A stretch of DNA of 64,000 nt from Holophagales bacterium (GTDB lineage: Bacteria > Acidobacteriota > Thermoanaerobaculia > Multivoradales > UBA5704): NCBI GenBank assembly GCA_031390755.1, contig JANMTS010000035.1, positions 28,758 through 92,757 of the forward strand, in the 5' to 3' direction. Shown here in pieces: positions 27,206 to 35,820 of the stretch. Positions within the stretch are counted from its first letter, which is position 1; every line of letters begins with the position of its first letter. The notes beneath the pieces are model-generated. The model searched no databases and was not told the DNA's origin. It saw only the letters and a program-made list of their open reading frames with translations. The position numbers and the translations under genes are program-made.

Positions 27206-27289
27206 AGGCGCGACGGCCCAGAGATCGGGCGGCACGGCTCCCGCGCCGGTCCGGACGGCCCGCGGAGAGATCGGGGACGGCCGCGCGGA

Positions 27290-28153
27290 CTAACGCGCGG
27301 CCTGGGCGGAGTCGGCGACGGCCTGGATCACAGCGGCGGCGATCTCCACGCCCTTGTCGTCCGGGTCCAGCGCGGGATCGTAGGCCGTGAGACCGGCGGC
27401 GGCGATCCCCAGATGCCGGCCGGTGGTCCGCGCCACCTCCACCAGCTCGGCCACCGTCAGGCCGCCGGGGACGGCGTACTCGTTCGCCCGAAGCTCGGTG
27501 GGCTCGAGAACGTCGAGGTCGAAATGGAGGTAGGCCTGTTGCGCGCGGGCGGCGATGGGCTTCAGGGCGGCGCCAAGAGCGTTGCCGATTCCGCCTTCGG
27601 CTCGCACGCTCTCCACCTCCAGGCGGGTCAGGGGCGAGCCGGCGAGCACGTTCAGCTCTCCGAGATCCCACTCCCGGGCGCCCAGATGGATCAAGTTGCG
27701 CTCGTCGAGCGGCACGAAGCCCGGCAGTTGGTTGGTGAGGGTCCGCCAGGCGCGGCCCGCGGCGACGCTGATCGCCATGCCGTCGAAGAAGCCCGAGGGC
27801 GAGGTTTCGGGGGTGTTCAGGTCGCCGTGGGCGTCCATCCACACCACGGCGGAGGGGCCGACCCCGGCGAGCGAGCCCACGGCCGCGGCGTTGCAGTTGC
27901 CGGAGAGGACGATCGGCAGCCGGCCCTCGGCGCGGGCGGCGGCGGCGCGCTCGGCCACGGCGCGGTAGAGGCGCGGCGCCGAGGTGATCTCGGTCAGGAA
28001 CCCTTCGAGGCGCACCGGGGACAGCTCAGCCGGATGCCCGGCCCGCTCCAGACGGTCGAGCAGGCCGCGCTCCACCAGATGAAGAGGGCCGCGGCCCAGG
28101 CGCACGCCGTAGTGGCCCGAGTCGTAGGGCACCTGGATGAGGGTCAACTTCAT
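27290..28153 (-). CDS. Arginase/agmatinase/formiminoglutamase-family ureohydrolase
   Basis: Start MKLTLIQVPYDSG (ATG 28153..28151). Motifs SGNCNAAAVGS, WMDAHGDLNTPETSPSG and HFDLDVLEP (Mn-binding His/Asp blocks of the arginase fold). The 413-aa track ORF is a spurious extension. Confidence 0.75.
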   Translation of the reverse strand: MKLTLIQVPYDSGHYGVRLGRGPLHLVERGLLDRLERAGHPAELSPVRLEGFLTEITSAPRLYRAVAERAAAARAEGRLPIVLSGNCNAAAVGSLAGVGPSAVVWMDAHGDLNTPETSPSGFFDGMAISVAAGRAWRTLTNQLPGFVPLDERNLIHLGAREWDLGELNVLAGSPLTRLEVESVRAEGGIGNALGAALKPIAARAQQAYLHFDLDVLEPTELRANEYAVPGGLTVAELVEVARTTGRHLGIAAAGLTAYDPALDPDDKGVEIAAAVIQAVADSAQAAR

Positions 28154-28566
28154 GACCGGGCGGTCTCCTCGGTCGGCTTGTGCGGCGCATGCAGGGCGGC
28201 CGTGGCGCCCGCGGGGTCCTGAATGATGCAGTAGGTGCCGTTCGGCCCCATGCTCTTCGGCCCGACGATCACCTTGCCGCCCTTCTCCAGGCAGATCCGG
28301 ACGCTTTCGTCCAGGTCCGCGACCTTGAAGTAGACCAGCCAGACCGGCGGAATGCCGGCGTTGGAGCCGCGCGCGTGGCAGACGCCCGCGACGCCGGCTC
28401 CGCCCTCGTCCGGCAGGGTCATCACGTAGTCGTTGTACTCCCCCATGCTGAGGGCCTCGGGCTTCCAGCCGATGACCCCGGCGTAGAAATCGCGGACCTC
28501 GTCGGCGTTCGGAACGGTGAGATCGAACCAACCGGCCGTTCCAATCCCTGTGCTGACATCACTCAT
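28150..28566 (-). CDS. Glyoxalase/VOC-family protein
   Basis: 138 aa. ATGA overlap with the arginase-family gene. Confidence 0.6.
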   Translation of the reverse strand: MSDVSTGIGTAGWFDLTVPNADEVRDFYAGVIGWKPEALSMGEYNDYVMTLPDEGGAGVAGVCHARGSNAGIPPVWLVYFKVADLDESVRICLEKGGKVIVGPKSMGPNGTYCIIQDPAGATAALHAPHKPTEETARS

Positions 28567-28708
28567 GCGCTCTCCTCTCGTCGGTTGAGGGTAAATCTAT
28601 CCCAGTTCCGTTTCTTAAGAGGAGAGGCCGGGGCCGATTCCCCGGCCTGTAACAAGACTTGCAAAAATCCGCCTATGATTCGGAAGACGCAAACGCAGGA
28701 GAGCCCCG

Positions 28709-30178
28709 ATGCCCCTTACATTCAGGATTCGAGCCGTCCGCCTCCTTCTCATCACCTGCCTCGGGTGTCTTCCCGGGGCCGCCGCCGCGTTCGCCCAGCC
28801 TGATCTCTTTCCCCTCCGGGGGGAGGTGACCGGCTGGAATGGGCCGATCGCCGGAGCCACGCTCACCCTGGAGATGGAAGGCCTGCCGCCGAAGACGATC
28901 GTCACGGACGAGTCCGGCCTGTTCCTCTTCGAGGGGCTGCCCGCCGGGCCGTACCGCCTGAAGATCGTGGTTCCCGGGATCAACCCCTTCGAGCATGTCG
29001 GCGTCATCGACGCCCTGACGACCCGGGAGGAGCTCGTCGTCAATTGTCACCTCATCCGCGACGGCGGCCGCGGCACGGTGACGAGCCGGCCGCTGGCTGA
29101 GGCGACTCCAAGCTTCGAGGTTCTGCCGGTGCCGCCGCTCCAGCCGCGGGACGACGAGGGCTTCGCCGAGGTGGAGATCTTCTATGGCACGGACCGGAAG
29201 CTCCGCTCGGGCGACCCGGTGGAGACGCGCTTCGGACCGCAGCGGATGTCGTGGCCCGGCATCCACCTGGGCATCGGGCGGGTCAGCATCCCGCGCGACC
29301 ACCGGATGGGGCAGATCGAGCGGCCGTCCATCTGGAAGCTGGAATTCACGCCGGACCCGCGCGAGCACGTGGTGCTCCTCGGAGTCGAGCCGCTCAACAA
29401 GCAGACGTTCTATCAGCGCCTCCGGGGGAAGCTCGGGAAGTCGGGGGAGAAGGAGCTGATGGTCTTCGTCCACGGCTTCAACGTCTCGTTCCACGACGCG
29501 GCCCTGCGCACGGGCCAGCTCGCCTACGACCTCGGCCTGGACGGCGCGCCGGTCCTCTACAGCTGGCCGTCGATGGGATCGGTCAACAGCTACACGGTCG
29601 ACGAGGCTTCGGTGGAGTGGACGGTGCCGCACCTGGAAGGTTTCCTGCGCGATCTATCGGAGCGCTCGGGGGCGCGGTCGATCTATCTGATCGCGCACAG
29701 CATGGGGAACCGCGCGATGACCCGCGCTCTGGAGCGCATTGCGCTCAAGATGAAGGCCGGCGCGAAGGCGCCGTTCCACCAGATCGTGCTCACCGCGCCG
29801 GACGTGGACGCGGATGTCTTCGCGGACCTGGCGAAGAGCTTTCGCCGGACCGCCGAGCGGGTGACGCTCTACGCGTCGTCGAACGACGAGGCGCTCAAGG
29901 TTTCCAAGAAGATTCACGGCTACCCGCGGGCCGGGGAGACCACTCCGAACGTGCTGATCGTGCCGGGGGTGGACACGATCGACGTCTCCACCGTGGACAC
30001 GAGCTTCCTGGGCCACTCGTACTTCGGGGACAGCTGCTCGGTCATCGCCGACCTCACGACGCTGCTGCGGAAGCGCCAGCCGCCGGAACGGCGCACCGGG
30101 CTGACGAAGAAGCAGAAGGCGGCGAATCTGTCGTACTGGGCGTTTGCCGGGGCGGACGCGTGCCCGACGGCGCCGTAA
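28709..30178 (+). CDS. Secreted alpha/beta-hydrolase of DUF900 family with N-terminal carboxypeptidase-regulatory-like beta-sandwich domain (paralog 1)
   Basis: 489 aa with a signal peptide. GATLTLEMEGLPPKTIVTDESGLFLFEGLPAGPYRLKI (CarbopepD_reg-like). Hydrolase blocks FVHGFNVSF and LIAHSMGNRA (GxSxG). AGGAGA RBS 8 nt upstream. Confidence 0.65.
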   Translation: MPLTFRIRAVRLLLITCLGCLPGAAAAFAQPDLFPLRGEVTGWNGPIAGATLTLEMEGLPPKTIVTDESGLFLFEGLPAGPYRLKIVVPGINPFEHVGVIDALTTREELVVNCHLIRDGGRGTVTSRPLAEATPSFEVLPVPPLQPRDDEGFAEVEIFYGTDRKLRSGDPVETRFGPQRMSWPGIHLGIGRVSIPRDHRMGQIERPSIWKLEFTPDPREHVVLLGVEPLNKQTFYQRLRGKLGKSGEKELMVFVHGFNVSFHDAALRTGQLAYDLGLDGAPVLYSWPSMGSVNSYTVDEASVEWTVPHLEGFLRDLSERSGARSIYLIAHSMGNRAMTRALERIALKMKAGAKAPFHQIVLTAPDVDADVFADLAKSFRRTAERVTLYASSNDEALKVSKKIHGYPRAGETTPNVLIVPGVDTIDVSTVDTSFLGHSYFGDSCSVIADLTTLLRKRQPPERRTGLTKKQKAANLSYWAFAGADACPTAP

Positions 30179-30324
30179 GGGAAGGCGCTCTCCTTTCGTG
30201 GGTTGAGGGCAAATCTATCCCAATTCCGTTTCCTTCTACAGAGACCCGGGCCGGATTGCCTGGCTGTAACAAGCCTTGCGAAAATCCGCCTATGATTGAG
30301 ATGCCGTCATCGCAGGAGAGCCCC

Positions 30325-31764
30325 ATGACCATGAACCGAGCCTTCCGCCGTCTCCTTGTCGCCTGCCTCGGCAGCCTTCTTGGAACCGCCGCGTTCGCCC
30401 AGCCTGATCTCTTTCCCCTGCGGGGCCTGGTGACCGGCTGGGACGGACCGATCGCCGGAGCCACGCTCACCCTGGAGATGGAAGGGCTGCCGCCGAAGAC
30501 GATCGTCACGGACGAGTCCGGCCTGTTCCTCTTCGAGGGGCTGCCCGCCGGGCCGTACCGCCTGAAGATCCAGGTTCCGGAGGTCCGCCCCTTCGAGCAC
30601 ACCGGAGTCATCGACGCCCTGACGGCTCGCGAGGAGCTCATCGTCGATTGTCACCGCACTCGCGACGGCGGCAGCGGCACGGTGACGAGCCGGCCGCTGG
30701 CGCAGGCGGGGCCGATGGGCTTCCCCCAGGCTGACGACGACGAGGGTTTCGCCGAGGTGGAGATCTTCTACGGCACGGACCGGAAGCTGCGCCCCGACGG
30801 CCCGGTGGAGACGCGCTTCGGGCCGGAGCGGATGTCGATACCCGGCATCCATCTGGGCGTGGGCCGGGTCAGCATCCCGCGCGACCACCGGATGGGACAG
30901 ATCGAGCGGCCGTCCATCTGGAAGTTCGAGGTCACACCGGACCCGCGCAAGCACGTGGTGCTCCTCGGGATCGAGCCGCTCAGCAAGCAGAATTTCTATC
31001 AACGGCTCCAGGGGACGATCGGGAAGTCGGGGGAGAAGGAGCTGATGGTCTTCGTCCACGGCTTCAACGTCTCGTTCCACGACGCGGCCCTGCGCACGGG
31101 CCAGCTGGCCTACGACCTCGGGCTGGACGGTGCGCCGGTCCTCTACAGCTGGCCGTCGATGGGATCGGTCAAGAAATACACCGTCGACGAGGGCTCGGTG
31201 GAGTGGACGGTGCCGCACCTGGAGGGTTTCCTGCGCGAGCTGTCCGAGCGCTCGGGCGCGAAGTCGATCTATCTGATCGCGCACAGCATGGGAAACCGGG
31301 CGCTGACCCGCGCTCTGGAGCGCATTGCGCTCAAGATGAAGGCCGACGCGAAGGCGCCGTTCCGCCAGATCGTGCTGACCGCCCCGGACGTGGATGCTGG
31401 CGTGTTCGCGGACCTTGCGCAGAATTTTCGCCGGGCCGGCGAACGGGTGACGCTCTACGCGTCGTCGAACGACGAGGCGCTCAAGATCTCCAAGAGGGTC
31501 CACGGCTATCAGCGGGCCGGGGAGACGGCGCCGGACGTGCTGATCGTGCCGGGCGTGGACACGATCGACGTCTCCAGCGTGGACACGAGCTTCCTGGGTC
31601 ACTCGTACTTCGGGGACAACTGCTCGGTGATCGCGGACCTCATGAGGCTGCTGCGCAAGCGCGAGCCGCCGGAACGGCGCACCGGGCTGGCGAAGAAGCA
31701 AAAGGCGGCGAACCTGTCGTACTGGACGTTTGCCGGGGCGGGCGGGTGCCCGGCGACGCCGTAG
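30325..31764 (+). CDS. Secreted DUF900 alpha/beta-hydrolase, tandem paralog 2 (about 88 % aa identity to paralog 1)
   Basis: Start MTMNRAFRRLLVAC.. with the same AGGAGAGCCCC-ATG context as paralog 1. The 120-bp upstream regions are also duplicated (..GTTGAGGG(T/C)AAATCTATCCCA..TTCCGTTTC..TGTAACAAG(A/C)CTTGC(A/G)AAAATCCGCCTATGATT..). Confidence 0.65.
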   Translation: MTMNRAFRRLLVACLGSLLGTAAFAQPDLFPLRGLVTGWDGPIAGATLTLEMEGLPPKTIVTDESGLFLFEGLPAGPYRLKIQVPEVRPFEHTGVIDALTAREELIVDCHRTRDGGSGTVTSRPLAQAGPMGFPQADDDEGFAEVEIFYGTDRKLRPDGPVETRFGPERMSIPGIHLGVGRVSIPRDHRMGQIERPSIWKFEVTPDPRKHVVLLGIEPLSKQNFYQRLQGTIGKSGEKELMVFVHGFNVSFHDAALRTGQLAYDLGLDGAPVLYSWPSMGSVKKYTVDEGSVEWTVPHLEGFLRELSERSGAKSIYLIAHSMGNRALTRALERIALKMKADAKAPFRQIVLTAPDVDAGVFADLAQNFRRAGERVTLYASSNDEALKISKRVHGYQRAGETAPDVLIVPGVDTIDVSSVDTSFLGHSYFGDNCSVIADLMRLLRKREPPERRTGLAKKQKAANLSYWTFAGAGGCPATP

Positions 31765-31775
31765 GAAGGGGTACG

Positions 31776-31832
31776 CTTCGAATCCTCACCCCCTGGCCCC
31801 CTTTCCCGGGGGGAGAGGGGGAACCCCCTCCC
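31776..31832. repeat. REP-like element family 3 copy (inverted relative to the 26788 copy)
   Basis: The reverse complement matches 26788..26845 almost exactly. Confidence 0.55.
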
Positions 31833-31896
31833 GTTGGAATGAGAGGCCCGCCGCCTCTTCAGCTCTTCTTCTTGCTTTTGCTTTTGGGTGGTGGCG

Positions 31897-31957
31897 CCCC
31901 CTCTCCCGGGGCTTGGGGGGCTGGGAGATGGGAGAGGGGGTCGGGGGGTGAGGACTC
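31897..31957. repeat. REP-like element family 3, right-half variant (CCCTCTCCCGGGGCTTGGGGGGCTGGGAGATGGGAGAGGGGGTCGGGGGGTGAGGACTCC)
   Basis: Matches the right part of the 61731..61807 element. Confidence 0.55.
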
Positions 31958-32003
31958 CCTGCGACGCCCTCCCAGCCCGGAACGCCATGCTAAACTCGGC
32001 CCG

Positions 32004-32396
32004 ATGCGTAGGATCTTCGCCCTCCTGATGCTTCTCGTGCTCGGCTTCAGCCTGAGCGCGGGTGCGCATCCGTGCGGTGCCGAGACGGCTCCGGGCTCCG
32101 AGGCCCGGCCGGCGGCTCAGGAGGCTCCTCCCTGCCATGGGATGAAGATGCCAAAAGCGGCGCCTCCCGCGCACTCGGGCCCTCAGGCCGACACCGTGAG
32201 CGCGGGCGAAGGAAAGGGCTGCTGCGACCCGCGGCAGGCCGATCATCCCTGCGTCCATGCCTGCCACCTCGTGGCCGTGTCCTCGGCCTTGCCCGCGGCG
32301 TTCAGCGTGGTGCCGGTGGCCGCGGTCCAGGCGGTCTCCCCGGGGATTGCGCTGCGCAACCCGGCCCGTTCGATCGATCACATTCCCTTGTCGTAG
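32004..32396 (+). CDS. Small secreted Cys/His-rich putative metal-binding protein (first gene of copper-resistance-like cluster)
   Basis: 130 aa: signal/TM MRRIFALLMLLVLGFSLSAGA, then HPCG.., PPCHGMKMPK.., KGCCDPRQADHPCVHACH. The track ORF 31203.. is a spurious extension. Confidence 0.45.
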   Translation: MRRIFALLMLLVLGFSLSAGAHPCGAETAPGSEARPAAQEAPPCHGMKMPKAAPPAHSGPQADTVSAGEGKGCCDPRQADHPCVHACHLVAVSSALPAAFSVVPVAAVQAVSPGIALRNPARSIDHIPLS

Positions 32397-32501
32397 CTCC
32401 CGTTTCCGTTCAGTCCTGAGCTTTCCATCAACCCGCGCCGATAAGCGCGGCGGGCGGTGCCTTCGGGCTCCCCCGAGGACCGACAGAAGGAGCTACGTTT
32501 C

Positions 32502-33821
32502 ATGTCTGAAAGTCGACGCGATTTTCTGCGCCTCGGCGTGACCGGTGTCGCCACCGCCGCGGCCGGGCTGGTCGCCGCCCGCGCGCAAACGCCGCCCATA
32601 CCGCCCACGCCGCCGGTGGACCATTCCGGCCACGACATGGGCCAGATGGCCCCTCAGCCTGAAGCCAAGCCGGCGGCACCGGCGGCGTCCAAGCCCCGGA
32701 CAGCCGAGAGGCGGACCGGTCAACCCTCCTACATCCCCGTCGAGACCCCGGACATCCCGCGGATGCCCTGGCGCATGGACGGCAACGTCAAGGTCTTCCA
32801 CATCACCTGCGACGTGGTCAAGAGCCGCTTCGTGCCCTGGCGGGAGACCAACACCTGGGGCTACAACGGCTCCACACCCGGCCCCACGGTCGAGGCCGTG
32901 GAGGGCGACCGGGTGCGCTTCGTGGTGGAGAACCGCCTCCCCGAGGCCACCGTCATGCACTGGCACGGGCTGGAAGTTCCGATCGAGATGGACGGCGTCG
33001 AGGGCATCACCCAGGACTTCATCGCCCCGGGCGACAGGTTCGTCTACGAGTTCACGCTGCGGCAGAACGGCACGTTCTTCTACCACTCGCACCGGCCCAT
33101 GCAGCAGATGATGGGCATGATCGGCCTCTTCATCGTCCACCCGAAGACGGCCCACACGCCGCGCTGCGACCGCGACTTCGGGCTCATTCTTCAGGAGTGG
33201 GCCACGCTGCCGAGCAACACCACGCCCAACACGCTGGCGATGGAGTTCAACTGGCTGACGATCAACGGCAAGTCGGCGCCGTCCACCACGCCGATGCTGG
33301 TGCGGCTGGGCGAGCGGGTCCGCATCCGCTTCGTGAACCTCGGGATGGACCATCACCCGATGCACATGCACGGGCACACCTGGTACACCACCGGCACCGA
33401 GGGCGGGCGCATCCCGCGCGCGCTCTGGCGGCCGGGCAACACCGAGCTGATCGGCGTGGCCCAGGCGCGGGACGTGGAGTTCGTGGCCAACAACCCCGGG
33501 GACTGGATGCTCCACTGCCACCTCCCCCACCACATGATGAACACCATGGCCTCGATGGTCGGGCCGATGTCCGATCCGGCGCACCAGCACATGGGGCCGG
33601 TGGCTCCGAACGCGCGCGAGGTCCCGGGCTATCCCCAGGACATGTACATGGTGATGGACGACGCGATCAAGAAGCCCGAGGCCCACGGCCTGCGCCCCGG
33701 GTGGACGGGCGCCATGATGGGCATGATGACCCTCGTCCGGGTGCTCAAGCCGGAGATGTGGGACCGGATCCAGGAGCTCAAAACCGAGACGCTCAAGGCC
33801 CAGGCGCGAGGTGAGGGATGA
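32502..33821 (+). CDS. TAT-exported multicopper oxidase (CopA/CueO-like)
   Basis: TAT motif SRRDFLRLGVTGVATAAAG. Copper-site blocks HWHGLEV, HSHRPMQQMMGMIGLFIVHP, HPMHMHGHTWY, HCHLPHHMMNTM; Met-rich segments. Confidence 0.8.
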   Translation: MSESRRDFLRLGVTGVATAAAGLVAARAQTPPIPPTPPVDHSGHDMGQMAPQPEAKPAAPAASKPRTAERRTGQPSYIPVETPDIPRMPWRMDGNVKVFHITCDVVKSRFVPWRETNTWGYNGSTPGPTVEAVEGDRVRFVVENRLPEATVMHWHGLEVPIEMDGVEGITQDFIAPGDRFVYEFTLRQNGTFFYHSHRPMQQMMGMIGLFIVHPKTAHTPRCDRDFGLILQEWATLPSNTTPNTLAMEFNWLTINGKSAPSTTPMLVRLGERVRIRFVNLGMDHHPMHMHGHTWYTTGTEGGRIPRALWRPGNTELIGVAQARDVEFVANNPGDWMLHCHLPHHMMNTMASMVGPMSDPAHQHMGPVAPNAREVPGYPQDMYMVMDDAIKKPEAHGLRPGWTGAMMGMMTLVRVLKPEMWDRIQELKTETLKAQARGEG

Positions 33822-35224
33822 ACGCCCTGCGCAGCCTGATCCTGGGCGGGAGCTTCCTGCTCCTCGCCGGCGCCGCCCTTGCCCAGCACGAGCATCATCA
33901 GCCGGCTGCTCCCGTAGCGCCAGCAATGGAGACGCCGGCCGCGCCGGAACCCTACGCGCTGCCGGCTCCGGCGTCCGATCCGGGCCTGCCGGCGTACACG
34001 CTGGACGACCTCGAACGCCGCGCCCTGGAGCACAACCCGGCGCTCGCCCAGGCCGAGGCGATGGTCCGCGCTGCCGACGCCCGGGCGCGGCAGGCGGGGA
34101 TGTGGCCGAATCCGGTGATCGGCTACACCGCGGAGGACGTCCCCACCGGCGACCTGGACGCCGGCAGCCACGGCGTGTTCGTCTCTCAGGAGATCCCCCT
34201 GGGCGGCAAGCTGGGACTGAGCCGGCAGGTCCAGACGCGGGACGCGGAACGGGCGCGGATCGACGCGGAGGCCCGGCGGCTGGAGGTGCTGGCCGGGCTG
34301 CGCGGTCAGTACTACCGGGTGCTCGCGGCACAGCAGACCGTCCGGGTGCGGGAGCAGCTCTCGGCCCTGGCGCAGGAGACCGTCGACATCACCGGCCAGC
34401 TCTTCAACACGGGCCTGGCCGACTCGCCCGACCGGCTCGCGGCCGAGACCGAGTCGAGCCTCGCGGAAGCCGATCTCTCGGAAGCCCGCATCGATCTGGA
34501 CCAGAGTTGGGCCGCGCTGCGGGCCGCGGTGGGCGACGGGAGCCTGGAGCCCGGCGTGCTCCAGGGCGACCTCGCGGCGCTGCCGGAGCTCGACCGGCAG
34601 GAGTGGCTGGAGCGGGTGCTGGCGGAAAGCCCGCGCGCCCGACTGGCCACCGCCCAGGCCGGGAGAGCCCGGGCGGCGCTCGCCCGCGCCCGGGCCGAGC
34701 GGCTGCCGGACCTCGCGATCGAGGCCGGCGTGCGGAAGAACCGCGGCGGCCGGAGTGTTCTAGAGGATGGAGAGAAAGAAGCCTTCGCGGACATCGGCTT
34801 CCGGGTGCCGCTGTTCAACCGCAACCAGGGGGGCATCGCCGCCGCCGAGGCCGAGACGGCCGTCGCCGGCCTGGAGAGCGACCGGGCCCGGCTCGCCCTG
34901 GAGTCCAGCTTCGCCGGGACCTGGTCCCGCTATCGATCCGAGAGGCAGCGGGCCGAAGCCTTCAGAGACGGCATCCTCGATCGGGCGCGCACCGCCCACC
35001 GGCAGTACCTGGAGCAGTACCGACAGATGAACGCCAACTACTCGCAGGTCTTAAGCGCCCAGCAGACGCTCTTCCGCCTGGAAGAGGATTATGTGATGAC
35101 GCTGGAACGGGCTTGGCAGGCGGCCGTCTCCGTGCAGAGTCTTCTTGCAGCCGAGCTGGCAGCCGAGCCCTCCGGAATGAACGTCGAAGACAACCAGAGC
35201 GCGGCCTCCGAGCGCCGCCATTAA
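33818..35224 (+). CDS. TolC-family outer-membrane efflux protein (CusC-like)
   Basis: 468 aa with a signal peptide and TolC-type repeats (..LTLDDLERRALEHNPALAQAEA.., ..QQTLFRLEEDYV..). ATGA overlap with the oxidase gene. Confidence 0.7.
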   Translation: MNALRSLILGGSFLLLAGAALAQHEHHQPAAPVAPAMETPAAPEPYALPAPASDPGLPAYTLDDLERRALEHNPALAQAEAMVRAADARARQAGMWPNPVIGYTAEDVPTGDLDAGSHGVFVSQEIPLGGKLGLSRQVQTRDAERARIDAEARRLEVLAGLRGQYYRVLAAQQTVRVREQLSALAQETVDITGQLFNTGLADSPDRLAAETESSLAEADLSEARIDLDQSWAALRAAVGDGSLEPGVLQGDLAALPELDRQEWLERVLAESPRARLATAQAGRARAALARARAERLPDLAIEAGVRKNRGGRSVLEDGEKEAFADIGFRVPLFNRNQGGIAAAEAETAVAGLESDRARLALESSFAGTWSRYRSERQRAEAFRDGILDRARTAHRQYLEQYRQMNANYSQVLSAQQTLFRLEEDYVMTLERAWQAAVSVQSLLAAELAAEPSGMNVEDNQSAASERRH

Positions 35225-35239
35225 AGATTGGAGTTTCCC

Positions 35240-35776
35240 ATGTTGAAGCGACTCGCAACCCTGTCCGCCGCCGCGCTGCTCGCCACGTTCGCGGCCGTCC
35301 CCGTCCTCGCGCAGAGCCACGACCACAAAGCCCACGATGACCACGGCAAGGCGCACGGCAAGGCCGAGGCCGGGCAGTGCCCGCACCATAAGGCCGTCTC
35401 CGCGTCCATGAACCAGGCGATGGCCCTGCTCGACGCGGCCCTGGCCACGAAAGACCATTCCCAGATGACCGCCAAGGCCACCGAGGCCCGCAAGCAGCTC
35501 GCGAGCATGAAGGAGCACATGGCGAAGTGCGAGGCGATGTGCAAGGAGATGAGCTGCACGATGGACCACGGCGCCATGAACCACGGCGCCATGAACCAGC
35601 CGGCCGCCCAGCCGGTCAAGGACACGAAGGTGACCGACCTCGTCTGCGGCATGAAGATCGAAGCCGCCACCGCCGCCGCGAAGTCGGTCTACGCCGGCAA
35701 GACCTACTTCTTCTGCTCGATGGATGAGAAGGCGACGTTCGACAAGGATCCGGAGAGCTTCTTGAAGAAAAGCTGA
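35240..35776 (+). CDS. Secreted YHS-domain metal-binding protein (His/Met-rich)
   Basis: Start ATG 35240 with a GGAG RBS. Signal peptide. HDHKAHDDHGKAHGKAE, CPHHK. C-terminal YHS/TRASH motif DLVCGMKIEAATAAAKSVYAGKTYFFCSMDEKATF. Confidence 0.65.
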   Translation: MLKRLATLSAAALLATFAAVPVLAQSHDHKAHDDHGKAHGKAEAGQCPHHKAVSASMNQAMALLDAALATKDHSQMTAKATEARKQLASMKEHMAKCEAMCKEMSCTMDHGAMNHGAMNQPAAQPVKDTKVTDLVCGMKIEAATAAAKSVYAGKTYFFCSMDEKATFDKDPESFLKKS

Positions 35777-35820
35777 GGCTTGAAACTGCATCGGGGTGGG
35801 CCTCCGGGCTCACCCCGCCC

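Noticed and set aside
26982-27293. 103-aa ORF of MTATQLA heptads and 26639-27235 / 26326-27141 minus ORFs (WRSSPAAW repeats)
   Set aside because: These ORFs exist only because the 21-bp minisatellite is open in all frames. They run through REP elements and into the arginase 3' end. Coding status is unproven, so only the minisatellite itself is reported.
27290-28531. 413-aa version of the arginase-family gene
   Set aside because: The N-terminal 126 aa are Arg-rich noise overlapping the VOC gene in another frame. The internal ATG with ATGA coupling is preferred.
31776-31832. Possible tRNA fragment (GCTTCGAATCCTCACC resembles a T-arm)
   Set aside because: One mismatch to the GGTTCGAATCC consensus, no acceptor stem/CCA, no D or anticodon arms. 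It is part of REP family 3, though a tRNA-derived origin of the repeat is possible.
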